DNA from: Leptogorgia sarmentosa
Taxonomy: Eukaryota
Length of the DNA: 64,000 bases
Assembly: GCA_964658305.1 (NCBI GenBank)
Contig: OZ210885.1
Location: 23,188,001 to 23,252,000, forward strand
Direction: 5' to 3'
Part shown: positions 48,636 through 62,400 of the stretch, piece by piece
How the letters are laid out: the number at the start of each line of letters is the position of its first letter
How positions within the stretch are numbered: the first letter of the stretch is position 1
Made by a program: the position numbers and the translations under genes
The notes under the pieces: model-generated
The model's input: the letters and a program-made list of their open reading frames with translations, nothing else
Databases searched by the model: none
What the model was told of the DNA's origin: nothing

Positions 48636-49942
48636 CTCGAGCCATGGTGTGAAGCACTGTCCGGGCGTTAGCCCGGGGCGAGGGTAATAATTCCACACGG
48701 CTATTTACACCCGGGTAAAGGAGAGCATAGCAGAGTTGAAAGTAATTTCGCTGCCATTTTGGGTCAAGGTGTAAGGGAATTTTTGTAAGGGTGGTCATCA
48801 CTAATCTCAAAATCACGCCGGACTATCATGAAGAGCCAAAGCTTTTTAAAGCTTTTGGTCCTTTGGAAAGGCGAAAACAAAGACAAGATCTACGCTGGAA
48901 GACTTGAAAAGCCTTCTCAGAAGATATAAAACACTGAGAACGGGGAACAAGCGACTACGGATTGAAACACATGATAAGTTCGTTAATATGTTGTTGGCAG
49001 TGAACTTTTGTTTTGCGTATTTACTATCTACAGTCTACTATTTGTATGAAAGGTCGCCATAGCCGCATTTAATCTATTGACGGCTCAATTCCAGAGTATA
49101 AGTTTATGTTTTTAAAGGCAAGACTTCACAAAATATTTACAAACTTTTCCCCAAAGAACACGAGCGAACATTGGCTGGAAATTGTTTCATATCAAAGACT
49201 GACTTGAATATTTAATTAAAACGTTTATGCAAATAAATGTAGTACTTTGCACCAAATCAACTTTAATATAAATAAAGTTTATATTAGTCCTAATAACGTA
49301 CAGATAACAAATGGTTCTCCAAGTTTAAAAAAATGCCAATAAAACAATGATAAAAGCTGATATTTTCATATATAAATTTCAGAAATATGATTTTCCGATC
49401 GTGTTGCCATGACAACAACCTCAGCCTTTGAAGTACTTCATGTTCTAAAAATATAGTTGCATTAATTGGTTAGTAAGGCGAGGGGTTGCTGCATATATGT
49501 ATTTCTAATGAATAGACTTTTGCATAATAGCATTTTGGTGCAAAGATGACGGTAGGAAGCTGTAGGTTGCTTTCGAACGAAATGGCTGGCGTAGGAGTGA
49601 GCGATTTCGTTCGAGAGAACAACTGGCCGGTTTTTAACCTCATTTCGCATGCATCGTTCGCTGTGTTGCCCGCAAAATGACAAGGGAATATGTTACTACT
49701 TGTGAGCAAAATTTCAGACAGATCCATTCATTTTTCGTGAAGAAAACGCGTCGAGACCACACCAAGTTGTGAACATGCTTCGCGTAAAATTGCTTGGGAA
49801 TTGTTAAGCACATTTACTCAAACAGGTGAGATCGCTTCCCAACATGCAATTGATTCAGTTTTTTTACAAAATAAGCAAGGCAGATAGTTGTTTGTATCGG
49901 TTCTCGAGGTTTTTTCATTCCTACACTTGTAAAATTGTCGCT
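48636..49942 (+). mobile_element. Non-autonomous Helentron-like element (copy 2)
   Basis: Reverse-complement homology to 59232-60168 at both ends and in patches internally. Confidence 0.65.
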
Positions 49943-50720
49943 TTGAAGTAGACAAATTAGTTATTTAGGGTTTATTAAATTTTCACAATTTTTAGTTTAT
50001 TTTATTGAAAATCTTGGAAAAAATGATGTTAAATCTTTGGGTACATAAAAATCTAACTTAAAAGTATATATAGCACTGCACATGCTGTGAACAATTATAG
50101 TGAACTACAAGGGTGAATACTTGGATGTGAAAGGGACTATTGTATCCAGCAACAACAACAGTAAATATCAAGAAATACATTTGACAAAATTGATAAAGCA
50201 AGAAACCTGGCAGCAGTCACAGCAATCTGTACCTTGTCATGTCATACAAGATAACTCCAGGATGTTATTGTACCCATGCTACAGTCACATGCATGGTAAA
50301 CAAAAACGCATGTTGCGGGTGAAAAAAAAACTATATCTGGAATCTGTTTCATGTTTATATTCAATGATTTGAGAAAACAGGACTACATGCTTACATTGCC
50401 CCCTTTGACAGCTGCAGATGTGTATTTGACCACCTCATCATTTGCTTTAGTTACTGTATGAATACTAACATAAACAGTGTATGTATTGGCCTTTCTTTAC
50501 AGCATTTACACAGCCTTCCACCAAGAAGCAGGACACACTGCCTTTAATGTCATTTGCTTCAACCCAAACATGCTAAACTTGCCCAAAATATTTATCTTTA
50601 TTTATATTTATCTTATCCATTAACTAACACCTGGGATCTGATAAAGAGCCCCAGACATTCCATCAACAACTCAATGGCTAAAACGATCCTTGGAACACCA
50701 ACCAGGACACAGTTCCAAAC

Positions 50721-51589
50721 CATAGATATAGGAAGCCTAGATTGCTGACTGTAAAATAATTATATGCTGACGCATGTGGCAAACATGAGCATCCAAGATG
50801 GCTGCTCAACCGGTCAAATTAATAGGAGCTAGTATAGGAAAAACCATGTTTTTCGCATTTTACGACCGCATAAAGTATCCGATCACGTTCTAGCACCATT
50901 GTTTGGAAATAACTACCCGTGCTGAAGGTTTTGGATGAAAATTGAGCAATTTGAATGGAATTAACCCCGAAATAATAGATCGTAAAGTGCGGCCAAAACA
51001 GTGAAATTGTTGTTTCAAGACGTTCGAGCCTATCAACCGGTAAACTAACTTATTTTTCTTCAACTAATCGTTGCCAGAAAGAATATGTTTTGTAAACTTT
51101 GGCCTCTTGGATGAATTCCCTTCACAGACAACTCGGTCGCCGAAACGGCGACTAAATATACAGTGAGAATTGTGGACGACAAATCGCTTCCAGTTTCTCT
51201 ACCAACACGACGCTTTCTATTTCTTATCTTTCACAGAAGTCCTATAGAATATTCCAACACCTCAAAGTTATCCAAAAGCTTCATTCTTGACCTGAAATGT
51301 TTCGAACGAAGTCAAGTGACTGTTTTGGCCGCACTTTACGATCGATTATTTCGGGGTTAATTCCATTCAAATTGCTCAATTTTCATCCAAAACCTTCAGC
51401 ACGGGTAGTTATTTCCAAAAAATTGTGCTAGAACGTGATCGGAAACGTTATGCGGTCGTAAAATGCGAAAAACATGGTTTTCCCCATACTAGCTCCTATT
51501 AATTTCACCGGTTGAGCAGCCATCTTGGATTTTCAAAAGTTGCCACACATTTTATACGGAGTCAGCAATCTAGGCTTCCTATATCTATG
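50721..51589. mobile_element. P-superfamily-like foldback MITE
   Basis: CATAGATATAGGAAGCCTAGATTGCTGACT ... AGTCAGCAATCTAGGCTTCCTATATCTATG; ~300-bp arms; perfect 8-bp TSD TTCCAAAC. Confidence 0.93.
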
Positions 51590-52309
51590 TTCCAAACCCA
51601 CAAATGCATACACGATGGAACTTATATTCCACAGGCCCTCACACAATATATGACCTGTCAGGTCTCACCAGACCCTCGGTCACATCCTTTGTTCAGGACC
51701 ATTCATGACGGGGAGCTCGGCGATTAGTAGAACTGTAGAAATCAGGCATCAGTCACCAGGTTAACACTCACACAAGTACACATCGACCCACTGTAACAGA
51801 AACACACGATTCACCAAAATAAACAACTTATAGATAAATGTCATAATAATAAAAAAAACAACAATTGAGTCTCACCCTTTATTCAGCTTCACTCAAAATC
51901 GCTTCCATCCAACAACCACACACTCATCCATAAGCCACTTAATTCGATCGAATCATCATCACACACGACCATATTCACAACACTTCAACATCGCATTAAT
52001 TAGAATTCCAACACTCAATCACAGGTCACTAAAAATCATCACACGTTTATCCACCGCCATCAACCATCCTCACCAATACACACATTTATCAACCGCCACT
52101 CAACATCACTATGTACAATGCTATACACCAGGTAATAGACGTTTATCAACCGCCATCCTCCATCATGTGCTTCCACTTACCCACTCCCCTTTCCATATTT
52201 CCCACCATATAGGGACATCCCAAGTGGAAACAACACACAACACAACTGAACCCAACCAACAACGACAATCAAATTAGTATCCAAATCCAATCACACCTCA
52301 CCCATATCC

Positions 52310-52531
52310 CAATCCAATCTGACCCCAACCAATTAAATCCGAACCCCTAAACACAACCCTGAACATAACCCCAAACCAATCCTTAATCTGACCCTAACCA
52401 ATCAAATCCGAACCCTTAAACACACCCTCAACATAACCCCAACCCAATCCTTAATCTGACCCTAACCAATCAAATCCGAACCCTTAAAGACACCCACGAC
52501 ATAACCCCAACCCAATCTCTAATCTGACCCT
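52310..52531. repeat. Minisatellite, ~69 bp x 3
   Basis: aatctgaccc(t)aaccaatcaaatccgaaccc(t)taaacacaccc...acataaccccaa.ccaatc(c)tt repeated. Confidence 0.9.
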
Positions 52532-53171
52532 CAACTGCCCTGTTCCCACCTTACAACAACCCGTTGCAATAAATCAACCCCAGGCCCCCACTGTATTCGG
52601 ACATCACGTCACCTCACACGTCATTCAAGCCCCAGGGCAAACATTTACATACCACACGGCAAGCAAACGTAGGCGCAATTCTTTCCAACTCTAAGTACCA
52701 AAGAGCGAAGACAAGCTAAGAGGAGCCCTCTCCAAAAAGCCGAAAAAAAAAGCCCAACAAAAGCCACCGCAGCCACCAGTACAAAGAACGAATCAAGAAG
52801 GATCAACATGTTTCTAATTTACCCATTATCACAGTTAACAAACATAATTATTTCACCATCTATCATACCGACGCACCGGGATAACCCGACAAACAAACAG
52901 CCATTCATCCTTCCAAACCACTATGTCAAACCACCTACCACTCATCCACCAAAAGTAAATACACTCACACAATATGCGAGCACGTCGTTCCAAGACCAGC
53001 TAGCAGGTTAGAAACGTGCTTTCCCAGTTATGCTTGGGGCCTGATGAAACATAACTACGAGTTTTCAACGGAAAACCAAGGGACAGGGCCCGGTGATAAT
53101 TGGCAATCACTATGGCCCTGGCATTCACACAAAACACCACTATAAACCCGGGTTTTGCCAGTATACACATA

Positions 53172-53256
53172 ATACAATTCGTTTTAATATAAATCCTTTT
53201 AATGTAATTCGTTTCAATACAATTCCTTTTACTGTAATTCGTTCCAATATGATTCA
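53172..53256. repeat. Degenerate 15/30-bp tandem repeat
   Basis: aattcgttttaatat / aaatccttttaatgt / aattcgtttcaatac / aattccttttactgt / aattcgttccaatat. Confidence 0.75.
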
Positions 53257-54159
53257 CTTCATTACAACCTTCCATCCTACCATAACCTTCAACCCTGTCC
53301 ACCATCAAACTCAATCACAACCACACTCATCACATTCCATGGTGTCACCCATCGATCCACAACCTCAATGAGGACACAACTATTTGAACCACAGTCCAGG
53401 ATCCGAATACCTGCATAAAAAACACTGTATTATTTAACAACCGCCACAAAATTTACTCACAATTGTTTGTTATTTTCTCTGTTGGCATTGCTTCTATCGT
53501 CCGAATCGACTGGGACTGATTGATAGCCAGTTTTGCATGGAGTTTTGTCAACTTCCCTTCATCGTCATCTCGATCCTTGTTTTTACAACCCTCACAAGAA
53601 GTTGAATGATCACAACGATCCTGTGTTATAAATGCATGTTACTATTGTTACTATTATCATTATACAGAGCTTGCATGCTCTGTTCTATACTATATGTATC
53701 CTGTATGTAGATAGGTACCGGTTTATCTGCTAAATCCGTACAGTCTGTAAAATTAGGGGTGTCCTTTGTTGAAATTGGCAGAAGCTGAAAAAAAAAGTGT
53801 TTGGGCAGAGAATTTTTTCTAACTAGTTGACAAATGAAATGTAGCAATTTTATATGTAGCATGCTTTATTATATGTATGTGAATATGTATACCTGTTCAC
53901 TAGCCAAATTTGTACAATCTGTGAAATTAACAGTGTCCTCTGTTGAAGTTGGTAAAGTCTGAAAAAAAATAAGTATTGTTAAAATGTTATAATCAGGCTG
54001 TTTTTATAATATATGCTATAATAAGGCTTGATGTAACATTTTTTTGCGTCCACTGCGATTTCAAACTTACAATTTTAGTTGAGGAATCATCCCCTTCGAT
54101 GTTTAGTATTTTTCTAGTGTTTAGAATGTCTTTTAAAACCTATTTGAGAAAGCATTAGT

Positions 54160-57100
54160 AGTTCGCCAGAACTTTAACCAACAGCGGGTCGGATTTGTGT
54201 ATCGTATAATGCTTTAATGATAATAATATTCGATCTAAAATATGTAATAATACAAAGTGTAATAATATGTCTTAGGATACTAAAAGCGAATACAAATATA
54301 GAAACTAAATTGTGTATATAAACTTACTTCTGTTCACGAATCCAAACCCCTTTATCCCCCTACGTTTCTCCTGGTTAGCGCTTTAAACTGGTTAGTTAGT
54401 CTTAGTTAAACAGAACACAAACATTACCAAACCTAATACAGTATCCTCTGTCCCTTACTAAACCATGTGCTTGAATATAGTGCGCTATAATAACATATCA
54501 AATTACTACCCTATAAATGTCAATACCTAAATTATTCTAACTAAATTATAAAGTGTCTTGCTGCACTTGTACACAGGTAATCCTGCTCTAACGAAACATC
54601 CTCCCTCCCGATGATCATATCATCTTCAGTTTCCGTAGCCCAATTTTTGTGATGGGTCTTCGATACTCACCAGCGGCTGTTTTCACCTTCACATTTCTTA
54701 TACGACCATCTTTACCTGGATAGACTTGTACTACTCGACCAATACACCAATTTCCTCTCACTGCGTTGCCATCAGCTACGTTGACTACGTCATCTACTCA
54801 TACGTTTCTTTTCTGAGCATCCCATTTCTTCCTCGGAACTAACGAGGGAAAGGTGTCTCTCGTTCACCGTTTCCAAAAGGAGTCGACAATCTTTTGCACA
54901 AACTCAACTCGATGTCTCGGATTGTTTGTTTCTTTGAATGGACCTTGCGATATACGACTCGAGGCTCTTCCCAACAACATGTCATTAGGGCACAAGTAAG
55001 ATCCGTCATCTGGGTCATTAGGTGTTCTGCCGATAGGTCGTTGGTTAACTAGATTCGCCACTTCCATAAGTACCGTGTATAGCTCAAAGTCTGTGAGCCT
55101 TTGCTCTCCGATAGCTCTCTTTATTGCTAACTTGCAACTCTTGACCATGGACTCTGCACAAACATTGTGATGCGGAGCAGCGGGTGTTATAAACTTCCAT
55201 TCCACACTCTTTTCTGCACAAAATTCTCGCAACTCGTTCACATTCCATCCCTTGATCATTTCTCTCAGCTCCTTTTCTGCTGCTACTAGTTGGGTACCGT
55301 TGTCGCTCACCAATTTTGCAGGTTGACCTCTAATGGCAAAGAATCGTCGCAGAACCTGCATAGACTCCATGGTGGAACAATCAACTGCAAGTTCGAGATG
55401 AACAGCTCTTGTGTTAAGGCACGTAAACAGGACTCCATATCGTTTCGCGGTTTTGTTTCGACTAATCTTCACCACGTAAGGTCCGAAATAATCACATGAG
55501 GTGATGTGAAATGCTGGTGTAAACGGTGACAAACGTTCAGATGGTAAATTGGACATTAGTTGGTTCTCAACTCTCTTCGCCATTTCACAACATGTCACAC
55601 ATTTGAACTTGACTAACTTTGCCAGATCATGTACTCTTTGTATCCAGTACTTTACCCTTGTTTTTGCTGCAGTAGTCACCACTCCGTTGTGGCCACTTTG
55701 ATGCATGTACCGTGTAATGAGTAATGATATCCAGTGACTCTTAGGTAGAAGTGCTGGGTGTTTCATCTTGTATGAAACTATATTGGCATCAATTCTTCCT
55801 GCCACCCTTATTACACTGTCCGTATCAACGAATGGGCTTAGCTTCGAGTATTCTCCCTTCTTATATTTTACATGCAGTTCTTGTTGCGCTTCAAGGATTA
55901 GAACGTAGGCGGTGACTTGGAGTAACTTTCGCCAACTGGAAAACCTCTTACAGTCGATTAGCTTTCCCAAGGTCTCATTATTCTTTTCCCGGGACTGGAC
56001 TGTAACATTCACGGCCACAGACTTTCGATACTCTAACGACTTCACCGTCTCTTCTTCGGTTACCCTTTTGTTGACGTCATTCATATCCTCAGGCTATTCA
56101 CTTTCGGGTCGATACAGGAATTCTGGACCACGTTTCCAGCGTCCTTCTAAGTTTTCTGCTTCTATACCACGAGACACATCGTCCGCAACGTTAAATTCTC
56201 CTGGTATGTGACGCCACTGGCAAGGATCACTCTTGCTCTGAATTTCACCAACTCTTACAGATACAAACGGTTTAAACGTACGAGATTGACTTTGAATCCA
56301 GACGACTACGATTTGGCAGTCCGTAAAAAAGATGACCTTCTCGAATGGTATCTGTGATTCTGATTGTATTGACTTGTACAACCTTGCTGCTAATACGGCT
56401 GCTTGCAATTCTAGCCTTGGAATTGACAATTCTTTCAATGGTGCCACTCTTGACTTGGCCGCGACAAAACGGACATCATAACTTTTCTCGCTGATTTCCC
56501 ATCTCAGGTATGCGCATGTCCCAAATGCTTCTCTCGATGCATCAGAGAAAATACATAACACTGCAGATCCAATAACTCTTCGCGGGGTTAAACTTCGCTG
56601 GAAGGAGACTTTGTTTAGTTTCTCGAATTGATCGAAGATTCTCATCCATTCTTTACAAACATCGGTGGGTAGGTCCTCATCCCATCCATATCCTAATTCC
56701 TAGAGACGTTGCATGCCAATTTTTGCCCTTATGATGAAAGCTGCAGCTATACCAATGGGGTCGTATATCCGAGCAATACAACCGAGAATGATTCGCTTTG
56801 TTAGCTTGGTTTCTTGGCCCGATGCCGTATTCAACACATCAGCTTTAACTTTGAAAGACAAACTGTCCGTCTCATTATTCCAAGCCACTCCTAGAATCTT
56901 GTCAGTACATTCTCCTTGAAGGATTTTCATTTTATCACTTTCGTTATTGTTATCGTCGTCATTTAAATTCTCGTTCAATATCCAGCCTTTAACCTTAAAC
57001 CAACCAGTTTCCAGGACTTGATCAAGATCGTTCATCAGTTTCTTTGCTTTGTCTATTGTCTCAACCGAGTCGCAAATGTCGTCCATATACGAGTTCTTCT

Positions 57101-59055
57101 TCAGGGAACTGGCTGCTTCCGGATACGAATCTCGATTTTCGTCGGCAGTTTTCTTTAATGCGGTCTGGGCCATGGCAGGAGCTGGTTTATCACCGAATGT
57201 CAGAACCGTCTTGTCATATATATCAGGAACACGGTCAACTTCCATGTCTCTCCATACATAGCGATGCACGTGTTGATCAACTTCAGGGATACGTACTCGA
57301 TGGTACATTTTTGATATATCTCCATGGATTGCCACTTGATTTTCTCGGAAACGAAGAATTACTCCAAACAGGTTGTTCAGCAAATCTGGACCTTTCAGCC
57401 AGTAGTCATTCAAGCAATGTCCCTGGTAGCTGGACAAAGAATTATACACAATTCGTAATGGAGTGCTCGTTTTCTCTGGCCTTATTACTGCGTGGTGACT
57501 GATATAATGAACTGGACCTTGGTATTTCTTTGCTTCTTCTGGTGATATCTTTCGAGCGAAATTCATTTGCTCCATTTCCTTCATCTGCTGCTTGTATGCT
57601 TCAGCATGTTCTGGGTTTTTACTGAGCTGCCGTTCGATCGCTTCCAAGCGCTTGATAGCTTGTTGCCTATTATCAGGGAGCAGTGACAGATCGCGTTTCC
57701 AAGGATACGGTATGATCCACTGGTTATACTGGCTTTCTTGCACCACTGCTCAATCATTTTTCCTTCCTCACGTTCCACTTGACTTAATTTTTCCGCTTCG
57801 CACAGACATGGATCAATTTGGACGCCCATAGACTCCGTTGACCAAAACTCGTTCATTGTCACTGGGGTAGATACACCGACACGTAATACTTTGTCGACTG
57901 CTGCTGGGTTGCTTTGTGTTGCACCAAAAACTAGCCATCCTAATGGGGAATGGCGAGCAACGAGGTTACCGACTTGCTTAATCTCACCAGTGTGCATGTT
58001 GGCATGATCAATACCAATCAATACGTCGAGTTTACCACTTCCACGGAACAACACATTCTTCTTAAGGCCAAGATATCTTTCAATCGCTTCAACTTTATTT
58101 TGTTGCTTATACAAGGGATTCCGATGGCGTTAACTGAGAAGAGACTGTTGTTGTCCTTGGATCTAATACGAATTTCGTACATTTTCGTCTTTAACTCTTC
58201 CTCTTGACCTCCAACGGTGGTCATCGTGATGGTGACATCCCTCCCGTCAAGCCTTAGTTGTTGTGCAACATCATTTCTTACCAGACTGATTTGCGCTCCA
58301 GAATCCATCAGAATGTTCCCTTCTTCGCGTTTACCATTTTTTCCGACAACGAAAGCTGTAACAACGGGAAGTAATGCCTCCTTCGTCTTCATTGTTGAGG
58401 CCAGCATACCGATAAGGTTATTCGTCGCTCTGTGTAGCAAAGGATGGTGGTTCTTGTTGCATGGGGAGCTATTGACCAATTCTGTACACAGATGTCTTCT
58501 ACTGCAATTTGCTGCGCAATGACCTCATCCGGCTCGTTTAAGGCAGCTGAAACATGCATGATTTTCCCTAACTTTCTTCAAACAATCATTTGGTGACATT
58601 CCTGTAAACTTATGGCACTGATCAACCCAATGGTCAGAACTCAGGCATATCCAGCACTTGACTTTCGTTTCTTCCTGTTTGACAACTTGGTGCACCCCAA
58701 GTCTTGGAGGTGTACTTCTTACAGCGGCTGTCGCTCGCATCCTTGATTTCATTTCACAGTTCATCCATTCAATTAGGGTGGCCAACTTCGGTTCGGTCTT
58801 TTCCTTCTCAAGGTAACGCGCCCAAACTTTTCGATCGTCGCTGCACATCTTTTGCTCTATGAGGGCCAATACATGGTTATTGTCCATATCATGTGTGCAA
58901 TTAACTTGTTTTAGAGTATTGTAACTTCTTCTTACTAGATGAACCAGTTCACAGAAACGGGAGTCTTCATCACTACGCAATGGCTTGAATCTTGTAATAT
59001 CTTGAGTTATTGTATCACTGACGAATCGAGGATCTCCATATCCTGAATCTAAGTA
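54160..59055 (-). mobile_element. BEL/Pao LTR retrotransposon, 5'-truncated, with 3' LTR (~54160-54598)
   Basis: Gag CWICLSSDHWVDQC and CFSCLKRAG; protease MDSGAQIS; RT GDISKMYH..TFGDKPAP..YMDD; RNase H FSDAS..IPRLEL; integrase DYFGP..SDNGTQ..AESMVK. PPT GGGAGGGAGGA directly before the LTR TGTTTCG. Confidence 0.93.
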
Positions 59056-59231
59056 ATCAAGATTATGAGCATTTTAGCATTGAGCAGGACACTCTTGATT
59101 TCAACTTTTACTGCAATAGCTTGAAACTACTTATTTACCTATGGCTAAAAGAAACCCAAAACATTTCACTGTGCTGAGGGCACTTTAATCCTTAATTCCT
59201 CCAAAACACTTGCCTATTTTACGAAGGACCA

Positions 59232-60168
59232 AGCGACAATTTTACAAGTGTAGGGATAAAATAACCTCGAGAATCGATACAACTATCTGCCTTGCTTATT
59301 TTGGAAAAAAACTGAATCGATTGCAAGTTGGGAAGCGACCTCACCTGTTCGAGTAAATGTGCTTAATAATTCGCAAGCAATATTATGCGAAGCATGTTCA
59401 CAACTTGGTGTAGTCTCAACACGTTTTCTTAGCGAAAATTTTAACCTCGTTTCAATAGAATTTTAAAAATTAATTTGCAGAATATATGTCGCACTAATGT
59501 CATTAAACCTAAATTTGATGTAAATATTCGCATATAAGACGTTTTGAAATGTTTCAACTTTAGGAAATTATATTTTTATTTCATACAAATTTCGTCTTTG
59601 AAATAAAACTATTTTAAGCCAATATTTGCTCGTATTCTTTTCTATCTAAAATTTGTTAGGTTCTTGAAATACTAAAAACGCCGTCTTACATTTACACAAC
59701 GTAAAAGTTCTTAAATTAAACTGTAAACAGATTGAATGCGGCTAAGCCAGTCATTCATATAAATATAAATATAAATATAAATAGGTGAGAATTTTATATG
59801 CAGACAATACATATGCTTCTTTTGTATTTCAATCCATTGTCGCTGATCGTGGATATAAAGTCTCTTTCCAGCATAAATGTCTTCTCAGGAGTCTTTTACA
59901 GTCTTGCGGCAATAGTCTTCATCTTTGTTTTCCACTTTTCTAAAAGCCTTTAGTGTTGGCCCTTCATGATAGTCCACCATAATTTTGAGATCAGTGATGA
60001 CCACCCTTACACATTTTGCTCTTACATCTTGACCCAAAATGGCAGCCAAATCGAGTAACTTTGTACTCCGCTATGCTGCCCTATACCCGGGTGTAAATAG
60101 CCATGCAGAATTATTACCCTCGCCCTGGGCTAATGCCCGGACGGCGGCGACATGGCTCGGGGATAAAC
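59232..60168 (-). mobile_element. Non-autonomous Helentron-like element (copy 3)
   Basis: Inverted homolog of 48636-49942; ends ggctcggggataaa like 30316-30329. Confidence 0.65.
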
Positions 60169-60399
60169 CTACCACATCCATAGTACACAAAATTGCAGTT
60201 GCCAGTATATGTCGTAGACTGTACCACAATTTGAAATAACTGGTCCACCCGGAACATTAACAAGACGTTTATGAATCTTAGGTAAAACTAATATCGACAG
60301 CCTACTAACATAATTGCCTAACTCAATTTTTAACTATTGCAGAAAAGTGAGACTGTTAATTTGGTTACTAGATATGACTATGTGGCAACATGTTATAGA

Positions 60400-62400
60400 A
60401 ATCATGTGACCATTGAGGCAATACACTCTTCATTGCTTGGAGGTCATTATACTTCCTCAATGCTATTGGAAGTCGGGACTGAAATGTATGGACCCATGTG
60501 GATCATCTGAAATGTATGGACCCAGTGGATCATCTGGAACACGAATTCTTTGTGGTAAAACCATCCAGGCGGAATCATCTGAGAAGCTCAGTTTGACTCG
60601 TATAGTCCCATTTGGTTTGTATTCAATTGCTTGAAGTTGATTCACTGTAGGGTCTCCCGTCTTCTTTTCCTGGTCTGATGCTTCCAAGGTACTTGCCATC
60701 TAACCGCAGCACCTCATTGTGATAGACAGGCTTACGACATAAGGGGATGGCCTGGTTCTTGCACATTCCATAATAACCGCGTAATCATGGGGAGTGTAGA
60801 CATTACTCAGTATCTTCTTTTTGATCACAGCATGCATGCTGTTGACCTCCATTTGGGTATGGCCAACAACTAAGTATTTCTGAATAATTGTTACACCACA
60901 TTTCCTGGCCAGGTCTAGGTATGCATTACCCAGTGTAACATTAGGGACCTTTAGCATGGCGATAAATGACAACGGCAACGTGACCCGGAAGTGAAGCCGA
61001 ATTGTCGGTAACAAAGTGCGCCTGCGTGGAACTTGAATTCTGCCGTCGCCTTGTTCGCGCCGACGTGAGATTGCTTGTTTTGGCGTTGTTTGAAAACGTG
61101 AGTATATATTTGCCTATTTTTTCTACAATTTTAAGTTTGGTTGAAGTAAAGTGATACATATAACACCCAATACCTTTCATTAAGTTTGTGTAAGTGTCAT
61201 TTTGGCAAAATATTTGATTTGGTTTTGTATTTGTTAGTTCAAGTATGGCTGTCGAGTCACAGCTACAGAAGAGGAAGGTGTGTTGTAAGTGAGCATCTCC
61301 AACACGAGGCAAATCATGCTTTAACACACGAAACTCAGCTTTGCATTCGGCTTCTTCTACATCTTCGAGCGAAAAAGGAGGATAGGTGTCGTAGGAAAAA
61401 TGAGGATTTTTTGACGTGAAATGATCGTAAAGGAGGCAAAATTCTGTATCAGAGATGAATTTGTTGCAGTACGAAAGCACACACAACTCTTGAAAATCTC
61501 TAAACGAAGACATTCACACCAGGAAAACCTTTAAATGAGATCGTTCGATTATTTTCAATATTTGCAATACAGCCGTCTTCTAGGTTTGCTAAAGTATGTG
61601 AAATCTGGCGGCAACGAGTCGCGACTGCGTTGTCTCAGTTTCAGGCCTTTCGCGGTCTTTGCCGTCACCGTCACACAGAAAACGTTGCGTGCTAAAGGTC
61701 CCTATTACGATTTTAATAGCAACAGCCATCACTCCAGACAACCAGCTCCTTGATTTCAGGATGTGAACCACGAATTTCGTCAAAGTGCTTGTACTGTTGG
61801 TGGGCGAACATTTCAGCACTAAGATCACCCTCTGTTTCGTCCCACAAGTAGCAATAACCGTCATGACTTTGAAGGTTATAGAAACTTAGGTTGTGAACTT
61901 GTAGCTTCCTCTTATAATAAAGGGCTGTTGACTACTCTTTTGCCACCAGCTGCTGCTGCCTTTTGGTATCCAGCATGAAGACCACTAATGGTTACATCTG
62001 GTTCCAAAAATCTTTTGCTTTGGTATGAGGGAGTATTGCGACCATAATGGGAGGGTACTGTAGGGAGACTCCGCAACCATTCCTTTAAAAAACTTTGGTC
62101 TGACTCTGAAATGGGGTCAGAACATTTCTGATCAAGCATCTTCCACACTAAATCAAACCTATTTAACGTTATTTACATGGGCACTCACCAGTTTTCTGAC
62201 TCTTTAGACTCTTTTTTGTCAATTGTTGGACAGGCTCTTTCAACCAAGAAGCAATGGTTCTTTCTGGAATCCCAAATGTAGATGCAAAAAAACTTTTGCA
62301 AACTACCTTTGCACTTCCATCTTCAAGTTTCAGTTTGTACTGGAAGGAAGAACTTCTGCAAGATGGTCCGGCATGATCAGCCTTTCTTTGTTTAACACTA
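60400..62400 (-). pseudogene. Sola1-like transposase remnant; further 5' pieces likely extend to ~63460
   Basis: SLPTVPSHYGR..FLEP, WSDGCCY*NRN|VTLGNA, QKYLVVGHTQMEVNSMHAVI, VYTPHDY, KKTGDPTV. Confidence 0.8.
60943..61703. mobile_element. Non-autonomous PIF/Harbinger element with transposase N-terminus (61513 to ~61290, minus strand)
   Basis: TIRs AGGGACCTTTAGCA / TGCTAAAGGTCCCT; 3-bp TSD ATT; FISDTEFCLLY..SKNP..FSLEDVEEAECKAEFR. Confidence 0.9.

Noticed and set aside
52310..52531. Interstitial telomere
   Set aside because: Only isolated CCCTAA-like units within a 69-bp repeat; no (TTAGGG)n array.
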